Assembly: GCA_013265495.1 (NCBI GenBank)
Contig: MU058103.1
Location: forward strand, 436,001-500,000
Reading direction: 5' to 3'
From: Vicugna vicugna
Lineage: Eukaryota
Length of the DNA: 64,000 nt
In this document: piece after piece, positions 38,425 to 52,499 of the stretch
Layout: the number at the start of each line of letters is the position of its first letter
Position numbering within the stretch: the stretch's first letter is position 1
Notes under the pieces: model-generated
Told to the model about the DNA's origin: nothing
Database searches by the model: none
Seen by the model: the letters and a program-made list of their open reading frames with translations, nothing else
Position numbers and translations under genes: made by a program

Positions 38425-39480
38425 GTCATGCATTCATTAATAATTTTGACCCCTTTCTTTATTCCAGGCACTGTTTTAATTGCTGAGGATGCAATAGCAA
38501 ATAAACTTGGCTTCTTTCCTTGAAGGGATTACTAGCCACTGAAAGACACAGATGAGGAAACTTGAAATGTAGTATACAAAGTCTGTTGTGTACTAATTAA
38601 GGAAAGTACAGGATAATGTGAGGACCCCTCGAAGGAGTAATGGACCAGATTTGGTGTGGTCAAGAAGTTTTCCTGAGAGATTGATGGTTGAGCTAAGATG
38701 TAAGGGATGTGAGGAAGGAGGAATTTTTTCAGGCAAAGAGAAAAGCATGTAAAAATACATAGAGAGAATAAAGTTCATAGTGAAATCAAAGATCTGAAAG
38801 AGACTTCATATAGTGTGAATTACTGTGAAAGTGGGTGATAGGGTGGGGAGCCTTAGCCAGATAATGTGGAATTATTTTAAGGACATTAGATTTTACTCAG
38901 TTAAACTGTAAGACATTGAAGGGTTTTAAATAAGGTAATGATATGAAAATATCTGTAGAAAATTGGGCTACTCTGTCTGTGGGGCCTCTCTCAGAGCTGG
39001 TTGGAATAGAGGCAGGGAGCAACATGGAAGGTGTCTGTAGCAATTTAATCAACTATATTCAACATCTTGTACTAACATAATGAAAAAGAATATGTACTAA
39101 CATAATGAAAAAGAAAATGATTATATGTATATAAATATGACTGAAACATTATGCTGTACACTAGAAATTGACATGGTATTGTAAACTGACTATACTTCAA
39201 TTAAAAAAAAAAGAAAAACAAATAAAAAAACCAATAGTGGTGTCCAGGTCCAGTGGAGCTGCTCAGAGAGTAGATGGACTGGGCGAATAGTCTAGGACAT
39301 AGGACCAACAAACTTTGATGATGGAAGGATGCAGAGGAAGAGGTGAAAAGTTTAGAGATGTGTCCGGATGCCTGGTGTGGGCACTGATTGAGTCACAAGT
39401 ACCACTCACCCTTGTTAGTAACACAGGAGGAGGAACAGGTTTAGGGAGAGTGGAGATGATGAAAAAGAAGCTCAGTTTAT
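38425..39480 (-). mobile_element. L2 long fragment (interrupted by an L1 3' end)
   Basis: 'ccaggcactgttttaattgctgaggatgcaatagcaaataaa...gagctaagatgtaagg...cattgaagggttttaa...acacaggaggaggaacaggtttaggg'. Confidence 0.8.
39050..39230 (+). mobile_element. Young lineage-specific L1 extreme 3' end (camelid-like)
   Basis: 'aactatattcaacatcttgt...actgaaacattatgctgtacactagaaattgac...actgactatacttcaatt' plus poly(A); internal 25-nt-period tandem duplication at 39068-39115. Confidence 0.85.
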
Positions 39481-41659
39481 AATCAGACTTAACAATATTC
39501 TTGGTAAATCCATTCTGGTCACAACTGAGCAAGGACATTCTGCATGGCATAGTCAGCTCACTTCCTCCTGCAGATGACTGTCTTCCAAAGAGGACGTGTA
39601 TATCTCAGCTTTCTCCCTTACCCCAGGCTGAACTGCAAAGAAGTCAACTACTCTTCTTCTGTTATTCCTTTCTTTCCAGTCCTCAGTTTCTTTTAGAAAC
39701 TATTACTAATACATCTCAGCCAGATTCTCTTCCATTCCCTGATGCAGCTGTGACTGTTTTTTCCTTTAAATCATTCTACTCTTTTCCCCAGCTAGAAACA
39801 GAAATGTTTCTAGAAATAAAGGTTACATAATATACCTTCAAGGGCTTTTTAATCTCCAGTGATGGTATAGGACTTACTGTCAGTGTGACATTATGAAAAT
39901 GCCAGCTAGCTCCTACTGAATGGGAGTTTAAAATAGTAGATTAGTAATGTCATTATGGGATCTAACTCTTGCTTGCTTTAAATAGTGGTTCTCTACGAAG
40001 TTGGTCACAGACACATTATACTAAACAAGTTCAGCCTAATGGATTTGAGCCACCAGGATGGAACTAAAACCATTAACACTAGGATAACATCAGATTAAAC
40101 TAGCATGCCATGGCAAATGCAGTGGGGGATTGGGAGGTATTTAACATGGCTTTAGACCATGATTCCAGTGCTATCTCTAGGTCAGAGAGGTTATCCCATA
40201 GCTAAGCAGAACACATATTTGTTCTCCTGTTTAGAACCTAGCAAAACAAATTTATTGGACAGTGGGTAATTTGGGAATGCGTTATTGTCTGAGCTGAGAT
40301 TTCTCAAGTTTATTTTGTCCCTGAAATACAAAGTCCTATCCTAACTCTATTGCTCAGGCACAAATATAATGAGTATCTGTACTTTGTTCCTTAAAATCAT
40401 TGTTTTGTAAAGACTATTACCTGAGACAGGAATAGCTTTGGGTGTTTGAGTTATTGTTGAAATATCGGGAACTCTTCTCAAGGAGTCAGGGTTTTTAATT
40501 TGAGATCAAATATCAGTAGAATCTGATTGCTTAAACTTTCTCTGAACTCTGTGGCAATTTTGTTTTCCAGTTACCATTTGTTTTAGAAAACACATGCATT
40601 TGGGCAGATAGGAACAGAAAGGAGAGCAGTGAGAGAGGGTAAGAGGAGAAAGCAGAATTTTGAACCTTTACATATGCTCAGGAAGAGAGTTAGGCATTTT
40701 CCACATATTGTCTTACCTGCTCTTTCCAAAAATGTGTATGTGACATGAGTCACACTTTATTGAGAACGATCTGAGAGTCAAAGTTGTCTCTTTCCAGAGA
40801 CTAAGCTGTTGAGAAATTCCAGGATTTGAAACCAGCTCTGTCTGGCTTTGAATAAAACATTCTAGTCTCAATAAATACAGAAATTGTATGGCAAGCAAAA
40901 ACACTACTAAAAAATGATCTACACCAGAAAGTTATAGTAACTTATATATTAAAATAAAATAACTAAAGTGTTTTCTTTTTCTATTTTAAAAGTGTATGTC
41001 AGCATGCTTTGCTAAAATAAAAGCAGAGTGATGTCTGTAATCCTCTATATTCATTTAAGCCAACACTATTCATAACCCTGAGATCTGGGACTTTTAATTC
41101 ATAGAAATAGCTTACTGAGTTGATGGGCCTTGTGGCTGGTTGGTTGGTTGGTTTTTGTTTTTACTGTTTAGCACTCTGTTCACCCAGTCTTTCATAAATG
41201 AGTGAAATTAATTTTCTTACTCAGAAAGTATGTTAGTAATAAAATCAGACACCACTTCTGTTGCTGGTGTCCCACTTGCTTAAGGTCCACCAGATGCAGG
41301 TGTCTCTGATGTAAATAATCCCCCTATACATGTCTAATACCTTAGCTTGCAGAAAAAACTTTGAGCATAAACTTATATGACACTTTCACTCATTCACATA
41401 ACAGATACTCACTGGGTATTTATATGCTGGTGAAGAACAGTAGGATGTAGGTATACTCATTTTACAGAACATTCAAATCAAATGTATTCTATGTAATAAT
41501 ATTGGCCACGAGTGTATTTATGTGATACTGTCTACAAAGTCATACAATTAGCTATCTAGACTCTTCTTAAAAAGGGCCTAGCAAGGATTTATGTCAAATT
41601 TGGCTCTGTGGATGTCTTTTCCTCTTTCTCAGTTGGAATCTTCTAAAAGTCACCCCCAA

Positions 41660-42297
41660 TTGACCTTCCTGCCTCAGTCTCTTTAAGACCCCACCAAGCT
41701 CTCTTTAGTTTTACCATGGCACTAGACTGATTTTCTAAAGCATTCTCAGAACACATCTTCTCATTTTTAAGCTTCTATTATTTTAGCGAGAGAAAAAGAT
41801 AAATAAATAAGTCTAGATTTCTTAGAGTATCATTCAGAGCCTTTTATAACCCAGCTACTACTCACCTTTCATCCTTAAAGAAGTAGCTAATACTTCAGCC
41901 ACATTCTGCTACTTAACAGGAGGATTTCCCAACACACCAAAAATATATATGCCTCATTGCCTTTGCTTTGACTTAGAAAATCTGTCCTTTACCCACTTGG
42001 GAAACTTCATCAACCTTGAAGGCCAATTGCTAATGTCATTGCTTTCCCATAGTCCCTCCCCCAAGCCCAGTGTACTTCCCCAGATATAATAAACTGTTCT
42101 CTTTGTTTCCAGCGTAATGCACGCTCACTTCTATTATAACACTTATCACAGTGTTAACAAAAAGCTGTAATGCATGTCATTTCGCCCCAGTAAAACCATG
42201 AGCTCATTTGTCTTTGTCCCATTTATCTTTGTATTTTTTCAGCCTAACACAATTCTCAGTCCAGAGTAGATACATAATAAATGTTTGCTGAATTGCT
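41660..42297 (+). mobile_element. L2 3' portion
   Basis: 'acacttatcacagtg...tttatctttgtatt...agcctaacaca...agtagatacataataaatgtttgctgaatt' is the L2 tail. Confidence 0.75.
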
Positions 42298-43789
42298 AAA
42301 TTAAATTTGAATCCATTGCACTTTTTAAGGCTCCTACACGACTCTGGTCTCCTGTTTCACTCTTGTCCTGAGTATATACTATGTCTGTAGCACAAGGGCA
42401 AGGTAGTGATTCCCACAGTAAATATTTCAGTGTCCAGTTATTACTGTAATTTTTCGCTGACTCTTCTAAACAGGTTTTCTTTGCTTCCTCTTCATCTTGA
42501 TTTCTAACCTGTTCTGCTTTATGTTCCAATATTGCCTATTTTGGTGATTAGCATATTGCATCACCCTCTGCCTGTACTATTATTACTGCAATTCTCTGAA
42601 CAATAGTTTTATATATTTTCTCCCTAGTCCATTTTCTCATGGTGATTTTTTTGCTACAATTTTTTTTTTAGTACAACTTTTGTAGTCAGTGACTGGAAGG
42701 CAGATTTTACCCTTCTAGAAAACTCCATGGAGGGTTGAATAATAGCCTCTTCTTTCTTTAATTAATTAATTGGGCGTATCTTCTCTAAGATTTTCCTAAG
42801 GACATGGCACTTAATCGTATACCATGGAGGAACAAAATGTATTAATTATGGTCCAAACCTCAAGGTCTCTATTGTTTTGCTAAGGAGTTAACATCTGTTC
42901 ATAAATGACTTCAATTCATGATTAAATGTTAGGCCATTATTAAGAATTCCAGTTTCATGGGATTTTAAGAAGTGAGTGACTTTATAAGGCAGTTTATGTC
43001 ACCAGCACTACAAAGACAACCACAAGTCAGCTTGGGAGGTTTGTGGTGGGGCTGCTCTGGTAGGGACCATTCTCTAGCTAACAGTCAGCACTTCAGGCTG
43101 GGATCTGCGACGCTGAAGCAATTAAGGGACCAGGTGCCATAATTCTCACATCTGGATGAAGCCAAACCTTTAACTGATGATGGTTTTTCGTATATGTGCA
43201 CCTAGAAGTCCTTGTCGAATGTTTCTCATGACTAGATCAAATGTCCCTTAACTAGGGCTAAGAAGTAGGTCCAGTGCATGTCCAAATGGTATCTTTATTT
43301 GACCAACAGGCATGGCTGTTGGAATTTGCTAAGGTTTAGTGAGTATCTTTTCATGCCTACACCTTTGTTCAATCATATGTGGGCCATAAGTTCTCCCCTC
43401 TTTGTTGTCCAGGCAACTCCTCTTCATTGTGTAGGACTTAACCAAACAAAGCATCTTTCTGAAAGTGTTTCATGAATCCCAAGATTGATCCAATACCTCT
43501 TCCTTGTGCTGTATTATTATCTTGTGTATACATCCAGTGTAGAGCTGACTACCCTGAGCTTTACGTATTATTTTACTATTTTTTCTTTTTCACTACAGTG
43601 TTAATGAACTTCATTATCTCCTACCTTCTTTTTTCCTATCCTCCTCCTCTCCTTGATTCTCCTTTTTCTTCATTAAAAATTGTTTGAGCAGCTATCAGGC
43701 ACATAGGGTCAGGGAGGACAGAGGTAGAAGATGAATAGTTCTATGCATTCCTTTGATGCAGGTGTGTTAAAGGATAGTCAGAATGAATC

Positions 43790-44020
43790 TACAGAAAAGA
43801 CTTTATAAGAATAAAACGAGACAATGCATGAAAATGCATTTAAAATATTTGTTGCCATCCATTTCCTGTTCAATAAATATTAGTTATTATTATTGGGTTT
43901 CTAAGACTTTCTTCACTTGCAAAATGAAGGTTATCTAGCCATAGAGTTGCTGGGAAGATTACATAAAATATACCTGTGTATCAATACAAGTTGCTTAGTA
44001 AGTTCTTGTTACATGGTAAC
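43790..44020 (+). mobile_element. MIR fragments
   Basis: 'aatgcatgaaaatgc...tcaataaatattagttattatt' and 'cttgcaaaatgaagg...catagagttgctgggaagattaca'. Confidence 0.6.
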
Positions 44021-45536
44021 TGTATATCACATAACAGCACTTAATATTCTAAGCTGGTCATAAAGAATAAGTAGAATAAAGACTGAGAAATCTGACAGGG
44101 ACTTACTGATATTCTCTGGTCATTGACCCTATTCAATGAAACGGGAATCATTTATTTTAGGGTCTCATTGCTGAAGCTGAGTCAAGAAGTCTCACAGAGA
44201 AGAGACTTTCTAAGAATCAAAATTAAGCCCTGATTGAGCTAGGAAGTCTTGCTGTGTGGCAAAACTTTCTGGCAACAGTCTTAACTATTTGCTGCCAAAA
44301 CGTCTACACCTGTAGCACCTGTGTGATGGAAGAACACTGCTAGCACAAAGGGTAATAATGACAGGAAACTTCAAAAAATCTTAATACTGAAATCCTAATT
44401 GCAAGAAAGACATTAAACAATGAAACTGGCATCATATAATTCTGGTATTGTGCAGTCAGCTTCCTAGATACATTTATTTCACACTGGCTTACTTTTCCCT
44501 GTTCCTTAGGGTATTTCACCCTGCCAGTCTTCCCAAATCCATCTTCTCCCCACCCTACTTGCCTTTCTTTTACCAGCTTCTCAGTGTGCCTTGAGCAGGG
44601 ATATAAATGCTTCTTGAACTTCACCCCATGTCTGAGGACTGAGAGGATAACAGCAGAAGTACTTATTCGTGTAGCTGTCCACAGTCTAGACCCCAGGCTA
44701 GGTCTTGTACTACCAGTGTGACTACCGGCAAGGATGTCTACAATCTGACCACAGCCCATCTTCCTAGCCTCAGGGCTGTTAATTCTGCCTCAAACTTCTG
44801 ATGTCCTTATGCAGCCTAATCACTGTCGCCTCCTCATAGCCCTTTGCTTCCTGACTTGGCCTCTGTTTTCCATTTGTAATGTATTACCTCTGCTTAGCTT
44901 GCTTTCCTGTGCCGTTCCTGGGGCTTACTTGTTAGGAGCTTGAACCTCGAAGTCACAAACCAATTTGTGTTAAACTTTACTAGTATATGACCTAGTAAAG
45001 TTAATATAGCATACATTGTGTAATACTAGGAGATATATTGCATCGTAAATACTATTTACTGAGTGCTTATAAGAATCTAAGCTCAGAAGTAATATATTCG
45101 CATCCATCTATTCATTCCACATGTATTTACTGAGTGCTTAGTATGTAACTTGCTCTGATGGAGATGCTGAAGGTACAGATTTTGTTCCTCCCTACTCAGA
45201 GCTCATCAACAACACATTCTCTCATAATATATGGAAAGGATTTAACACAATAGCTGGTAAATAGAAAGCACTCATAAAGGAGACATTTATTTAATATTTA
45301 ATTTAGTATTTATTTAATAAATTCATTTGTTTAATTTAATATGTATTAAAATAGCATTTATTTTGCAAGACTTTTCTGTATTCTTTTAGGTAAAATTCAG
45401 TGGCATTCCCTTTCTACTTCTATAGCAATCTGTACATGCTGCTTAAGGTAGGACATTGTTAGCTTTTTGTTTGTCTCTCCTGTGAGACCTGCAGACTCTG
45501 AAAATGATACTGTATTCACATCTGAACCTCTAGAAT

Positions 45537-45746
45537 TGGGGCCTCAAACTCAGCTACATTAATGTGGGATGAATAATTCTTTATTGTGGGGGGGTCCTAT
45601 CCTGTGCATTATAAGATGTTTAGTAGCATCCCTCATTCTACTCACCAGCTGCATTAGCGCTTTTTTAGTAGTGACAGAGAAAATTGTCTCCAGACATTGC
45701 TAGACGTCCTCTGGAGGTGGAAACCATCCTCAGTTGAGAATCACTG
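45537..45746 (-). mobile_element. MER20 hAT-Charlie DNA transposon
   Basis: 'ataattctttattgtgggg...tcctgtgcattataagatgtttagtagcatccct...tgtctccagacattgc...gttgagaatcactg' is antisense MER20. Confidence 0.9.
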
Positions 45747-45799
45747 TGGTTCAAGACCTAGTTCTATGGCAGTTACAGAAGAGTCTATGGTTAAATAAG

Positions 45800-45905
45800 G
45801 AACAGAGAGAAAAACAACAGAAGTAGGAAGCAAGGGAGAAAAAAGTCAAGGGAAAAATGAAAGGAAGGAGGTAAAGAGGGAGGGAGGCAGGGAAGGAGGG
45901 AAAGA
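45800..45905. repeat. GA-rich low-complexity purine tract
   Basis: gaaaggaaggaggtaaagaggggagggaggcagggaaggaggg. Confidence 0.7.
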
Positions 45906-45939
45906 AGCCAACATCTATTAAGCTGCTAAAATGTGGTAG

Positions 45940-46120
45940 GCACATACACTGCCTCCTATGATTCCCACCACAGTCAAATGAGATTGGAGCCATGAGTACA
46001 CACGCTTCGCAGATAAGGAACCTGCAGCACAGAGACACCAGGCAGTAACGCAAGACCACGTAAATAACAAATGAGAGGCCAGTATTTGAACTCAGGCTGC
46101 TTGATTCCTGAAGCAACACT
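45940..46120 (-). mobile_element. MIR SINE
   Basis: 'cagataaggaacctg...agtatttgaactcaggctgcttgattcc'. Confidence 0.7.
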
Positions 46121-47619
46121 TCTAAACAGAAAAAGGGGAACAGAGAGAGGGAATGAAGAAGAGGTGAGGACACAGGGGAGAGAGACAGAAAACAGGAAGG
46201 AGAAAATCAACATGATTCCCCAGTGAATGCAGGGGATGGAACTTCTGCCAGGGACGGTGGCCCATGGAATACAGGGACTGCACTGCCAACTGGCCGGGGA
46301 TTCTTGGTCTTTAAGGGCAAAACACACAGCCACGTTTAGACTAAGTCAAGAATGGTTGGTGCTTACTCTAGGCATCTGGCCTCTTTTCAACACACACCTT
46401 CTTATGTGATGAAGATCCAATGAAGTCAGAGGTAAAAGTGCCCCTAGACCATGAGTGGATATGTACACTCTGGGTAATTGAGATCCCAACATCCACTGTC
46501 TAAAATTTCCCCTGGCCTCCAGCCGTATTTGTGTGGGGTACATCTGAGGCCCATGTGGCCATATGATAGATGTGTGTGGGAATACAGATGGAGCTTGGGT
46601 GTGTGGGCGGGGGATCCACACACATGTCCCCAAGCCCCTCCTCATTATGAGATGAGCCAGAGGTAGCTGAGAAGAGTAGGGTCAAATCTGGGACTGGGAG
46701 ATGGGGCTTTGTGGCTTAGGAGAGGTATCTGCTGGCACTACCGCATTTAGCTTAGAAGTCTAAGATGTGCACGAGTTTGGAATTCAAGTTTAATTTTCAG
46801 CTTAGAAGATAGAATGCCTTTAACCGTGTCATGACTTGATTCATAGCTTTTAAGTGTGCAGGTAGACGGTAGGGTAGGCCTCCCTCTGCAGCCTTTTTCT
46901 GGGCCTCGTAAAGAGACTGAGTAAACATGAAAGAAGAGGGGGAGGGGCCCACACTGAACACCGGTGGTGTTTGGACGCTTATCCAGCAGCTCTATAAAGC
47001 AGGTGTCCTTTTTCCTTTCCCCCTAATTACGTGTCTTTGATCAAGTGATGATTCCTTTCTCTGCCTCTTAGTTTCTCCTCTCTGAGTTGTAGACAGAACC
47101 ACGTGCCTTCATAGCAGCCAGGAAGCGTGGAGACAGAGCTCGTGTTCAGGGTGGATCCCAGAGCTCTCCGTGTCCCTGGTGATCAGAAAGTGGCAGCTGC
47201 TACCGCTGGTTTCCGTCCTCGGAGCAGCTACCTCCAGGAGCCTTGATTGTAGCAGATGCCTCTCCAGAAGTGCTCAGAACACAGAGAGGAGTCTGCGTTT
47301 ACTCTGAATGAGTATCAATCAAGGTGTAAATGATTTGAGCCAGTGATTTTCTGTTCAGAGTTAGAAGCTGCTTGTGTATCAGAAAAGTGTCTGCTGTTTC
47401 TGAAAAGCAAGGGGAGGGCTGTCGGAAGTGAAGACTATGGGTACAGGAATTGCTTTATGGTTTTGAACATGAACCTCCCTTCACAAGGGTCTGTACCCGG
47501 GATGATTAATAGATGCATACAGAAAGGAGAAAGGAAGAGAGAGCGGAAGAAAACATCATATACTGCCCAATTCATCATTGAACAGGGCTCCCTGACGTTT
47601 ATCCCTCACCTGCTGAGCA

Positions 47620-47775
47620 ACTAGCACTCTGTTGTGCACTTTGCATTCACCACCTCAGTCTATCCTCACAGCCACCTAATACAGAATGAGTTTAAAATAT
47701 GCAGGTAACACATGCTAGAAAACTTTAGTCTAGGTCTGCTGACTCCAAAGCATACTCCTTTTCTGTAATACCACA
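47620..47775 (-). mobile_element. MIR SINE fragment
   Basis: 'ctcagtctatcctcacagcc...taggtctgctgactccaaagc'. Confidence 0.65.
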
Positions 47776-49429
47776 ATATTACACTTTAATTGTAATATTA
47801 TGTACAGAGTTGCTTTGAAAATAAACTTGTACTAGTAGAGAAAGAGAGAGGGAGACAAAGTATTGAGATAATGTAAGTACATTTATAAATAATTGATGGA
47901 ACCAGGATTTGAAGTCAGGTCCCTCTCATGATCCTGCCACTGTAAGACAGAGGTCATCCATGCTATTTTACTGCAAAAGTGAATGCAATACACTTAAGTA
48001 GCATACATTTTTTACTTTATAGCATTGGCCTCTCTTCACTTCTTAAAAACACCAGAGAAAATATTGGTCTTCCCCCTCCCTGACAGCTGGAGAACAAGCC
48101 CGTTAAGATGGATACCTTGAGAGTTTGCATTAATAAAGGTGCAATTATACTAGGCATGAAGAAGAGACGTGCAGAGCAGCTTTCTGTATTTAAATGAATT
48201 GTTTTGTGATGCAAATTAGTACACTCTGCACTAATGAAGTGAATTCTTTAACTGCTTGAGTCATTTCTGGTTATCATTAAACCATAGAAACCCCATGAAA
48301 AGAATTTACAGCGGAAGATGGTGAATAAAACAAGGTGATGAATAAAACAAACCCATTATAAGTTCACCAAATTGATGCAATTCAGCTATTGAAAAGTAAA
48401 CTTGTTGTTAGGTTTTCAGAGTCCATGTTATAAAATGGAAATAAAGGAAACGGTCTCAGCCGGGGAAGAAACAACTAACACCTAATTCTCTGAAATACAC
48501 TGAAGCCAATTACTAGCAAAACCTCTTTACATTTGTATAGTTATTCACTCAGTAAGAATTCATTGAATGTCTATGTGCCACACACCGGAACATGCACTTC
48601 CAAATGCAACTCTGGATCCATGGAGACTGCGTTCAAGAAGGACAAAGTCTAGTTGACAAATAGATATGGGAGTCAACGATCGTGGATTTTTTTGACAACA
48701 GCTGTAGTGAAGGTGGAGTGCTTTCAAAAAGCAGTGTGTCTGTGGGAGAAGATATATCTAATTCTGCCTGGACATGAAAAAGGCTCCACCTTGGGAATAG
48801 TTTTACTCTCAGCCCTGAAGTCTGTAAGGTTGAAAAGTGTGTGAGGTTTAAGCGTTTCTGATTCAAAGACACAGAGTTGTGATAAAGCAAGGAAAGGAAC
48901 CGGAACGACCACTGAGGCTTGGTCAGAGAGAGAAGGCAGGAGCTGGAGAGAGAGAGAAATCAGGCATCATTTCAGTGAACTGTGGACGTCATCAGTTCGC
49001 CTTCCTGTGGAAGTTGCCGGGGAACCTCTGAGAGATATTGAACAGGAGAGAAATCAACCAAATTTGCTTTTCAGAAGTCTGTCTTGTGAGGATAGGCTCC
49101 GAGGGGAAGACATGGAAGAGAAGGAGTTATAGGAGGCTGCCTCCATTGCTCTAGTGAAAATTACGTACCCCACCAAGGCACAAAAATAGGTATAGAAAAG
49201 ATGGGGTGGGGATGGTGAATTGGGAATGCTAGAAAGAATGTTTATTGCTCAAACCCTCTGAAGAAGTGTGCTTCAAAACTGTTCTCAGCATCCAAAGGAG
49301 GGATGCTTTAAAGTCACCTAAGACACATAAGCCATCAGTTATCAGCAGAAAAAGATGGACTTTCAGATCTATATGCTGCTCAGGCTTGCACTGTAACCGG
49401 TCTCTCTGCTCCTGGTTTATGTTATTACC

Positions 49430-49892
49430 TGTATTAGTTGAGGTTCTCCAGAGAAATGGAGCTAATAGGATAGGTAGATAGAAAGTAGATAGATAGATAG
49501 ATAGATAGGTACTTAGAGAGATACATAAATTTTAAGGCATTTGATCACGATTGGGGGATGGCAAGTCCAAAATCTGTGAGGCAAGCTAGTAGGATGGAGA
49601 TTCGAGTTAAGAGCTGATTTTGATTCTGAAGGCTGGAAACTTGGGCAGAATCTGTATGTTGCAATTTGGAGCCCAAATTAATTCTTCAGGAAACTTTCAC
49701 TCTTAAGGCCTTCAACTGATTGGATGAGGCCCATCCAAATTATGCAAAGTAATCTCCTTTACTTAAAATCAACTGATTGTAAAAGTAAATGAGATCTTAA
49801 AAATACATTTACAGCAAGGTCTAGACTAAATTTTGACCAGATAACTGGTTACCACAGTCTAGCCATGTTGATACATGAAATTAACCATCATA
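49430..49892 (-). mobile_element. ERVL solo LTR MLT2B, with internal (GATA)n
   Basis: 'tgtattagttgaggttctccagagaaa...ggcaagtccaaaatctg...ttaaggccttcaactgattggatgaggccca...gaaattaaccatcata'; imperfect 5-bp TSD TTACC/TCACC. Confidence 0.9.
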
Positions 49893-51629
49893 TCACCTTA
49901 AGGACTCAGCCTTGAAGTTGGCAACTTTGATGTGTCCTTGAGTCCCAGTTTATTGTATGGGAACGTTTGAATTTGACTTTACATTCACTTTAAAAGAAAA
50001 AAAATATCACAGTTGCTGTAAACCAGGTAGTTTTAACTAGTTTCATTCTATTACTCCAAATCATCTCACCTGCTTATATATCTGACCAAGCTGTCTTTGA
50101 AACTGCATCATTCTTCTAAGACTTCTTCACCTTTCTACTCATTCCCCATGTAAAAATCTATGGACAAATTTTTTTTTCCCCCTTAAGTTTCTTAGGCCTA
50201 ATCAAATTTCTCAGATTTTTTTTAAAATTTGCATTTGTATATATTTCAAGATGATTGGTCAAGTTTATTGAGTTGTGTCAAATTGCCAAGCATTAGGCTA
50301 GGTGCTGGAGAGAATGAGAAAAAGAATTCCCCTCCTCTTCTATCAAGGAGCTATTTTTCCTACTACTTCTATTAGAGAACTCTACTGTTATAGTCCAATG
50401 TCTCAACAAAAAACAAAGCATTCAGGATGTGGAAAGGATTTCTGGTAGAAGGTGAGTCACTCCTTTCTAAACAGAATATGGTGGCCTGCCTATTCTATGG
50501 GAGGAAAAAAATATATATATACACATGCTACCCTGTCATGCTGCCCAGTCAATAGGTCACTGATTCTTTCCAAGGAAACCTATTGCAGAAAATAGAAAGA
50601 TTTTCCTTCTTTCTCAACATAAGGTAGCGTTTATTTCAGAGACGGTGATGCATGGAGACTGAGGGGTAGTAAAGGATAAAAGCAGCAAGGATTGAAAGTT
50701 CAACAGCATGAGCAGCAATTTTTGAGATCCCTTTTGCATAGGAAAGGAATGTCTTTTGGGTTGTGTGATTACTTTTAGCCCATGGGAGTTTGAACTGAGG
50801 AGCTATAATGTTTTGGTGCTTGTAGAAGTTGCGATTAAATAATAATTTCTACTCATGAATCATTCATAATTGAGGGTAGAGGAGGATGACAACTGACATG
50901 TTGACTACTCTTCAAACTTCCTTAGAAATGATGGTGCCTGGAAGATACAAAAGTATCTCTTTTTGTTCCTAGTCTTCCTGTCTCATAATAAAGATATAAA
51001 TTGTTCCTGAATCTGAGAAGCTCATTTTCTCAGGTTTAAATAATAAATTGGCAATGAGAACAGGGAGCTTGTGTTATGATGAAAAGCTTAAAACAGGGTT
51101 ATCTCACTCCTTATTTTCTAATGGTACGGCTCTCTCACACCTGTGTGCCATTGTTCACACAGAAGACATATCAATTTTATTCTAATTTCATTAGAACCTG
51201 AAAACTCCCAAGTAGCTAAACGTTTTCCTCCCATTATAACAACTAATTTGACATTTATTCTTGTGAGAGTCAAGTAAAGACTAATGACATTCCTCAGGAA
51301 AGAAATTACCTTATGAAATACTGACGTGTTTGGAAATGTTTTCTTATAAGTAAAATGAGTTATTCTAGTAGATTTATGGAATTTTAGAACAGGAAGGGAA
51401 TTCAGTTCAATCTCAGGATTTTGCATCTACAGAAACGCAAGCTCAGGAAAGATACACAATCTTGGCAAGGGTGGTCAGAGTGACATTTGATGGCAGAGTG
51501 ACATTTCATGTCCTCCCTTTTCTTATTGCCACGCCTCTTCCTCTTGAAACTGCTTCACAAACTCTTTGGTGGTGCTCAGTGCTATAATCCGTGAGTCAGT
51601 TAAAAGTGCAGTTTGGTTGTCTGATCACT

Positions 51630-52105
51630 ATGTTTTTGGCTGTCATAGCACTTAGCATATTGTGTAACTTGTCTATTTATAGGTCTGACTCACTACTATG
51701 GTCATGATTTAATTCAGGAAACAGGAAAAATATTCCAGTTATTTTAAGCAGAAGGATTTAATATAGAAAAAAAAAAAGTACTGACAAAGTCACTGGAAGA
51801 GCTAGGGCAACAGAAGTCAGGGGGCTGCCACTGGGCTACTGAATTCAAAGACACCCCACTGTAGCTGTGATTCAGAGCACAAGAAGCTGCTTCAGCCTCC
51901 ACTAGCTGCTTTCACAACTACCTCTCACACGCGCAAGCTAGAAGCTCAATGCTGGCCGTCAGGTGTGAGCCTACTGCTTGAGACTCAAAGCTCCGCACAA
52001 GCAGGGACTGTGTCTACTCTTGTCCCAAGTACATCCCTAGGGTCCAGTATATTGACTGGTACATACTATATCCAAATAAACATCTGTTGGAATAATGAAC
52101 AAAGT
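51630..52105 (+). mobile_element. L2 3' end interrupted by an old LTR fragment (about 51697-51960)
   Basis: L2 'catagcacttagcatattg...gtctgactcacta' resumes as 'agactcaaagctcc...gcagggactgtgtct...aataaacatctgttggaat'; the insert 'tcaggaaacagg...tattttaagcagaaggatttaatatag' is like LTR78/85. Confidence 0.6.
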
Positions 52106-52499
52106 AATCAATGCTTACATAAATAAGTAGGAAAACATAACTAACTAGATTGTGTAAAATACGCAAGACCCCATACGATTATGACTTGAACTAATTCTAT
52201 TTGACTCCAAAGCCTGAGAACCTTTCAGACTATCCTGTGCCTCTCCTGAACTTGCTTCTTACTGCTACATTTAGACACATGTCATATGTTGTAAGACAGA
52301 ATTTTGCACCTCTGGTCTTTTGCTCCCAAAGGTTCCTTTCTACACAGCACCCTCCTTCGTTCACTTTGAAAAATCTTGGGTATCTTTAAAGGACAGTTAA
52401 ATTAGAATCTTCTAGAAAGTCTGCCCCAAATGATTATACTGGAATACATTGCTCAAAATGTTTATTATACTTGTTGTTTGTGAGTTTAAATGGCATAAG

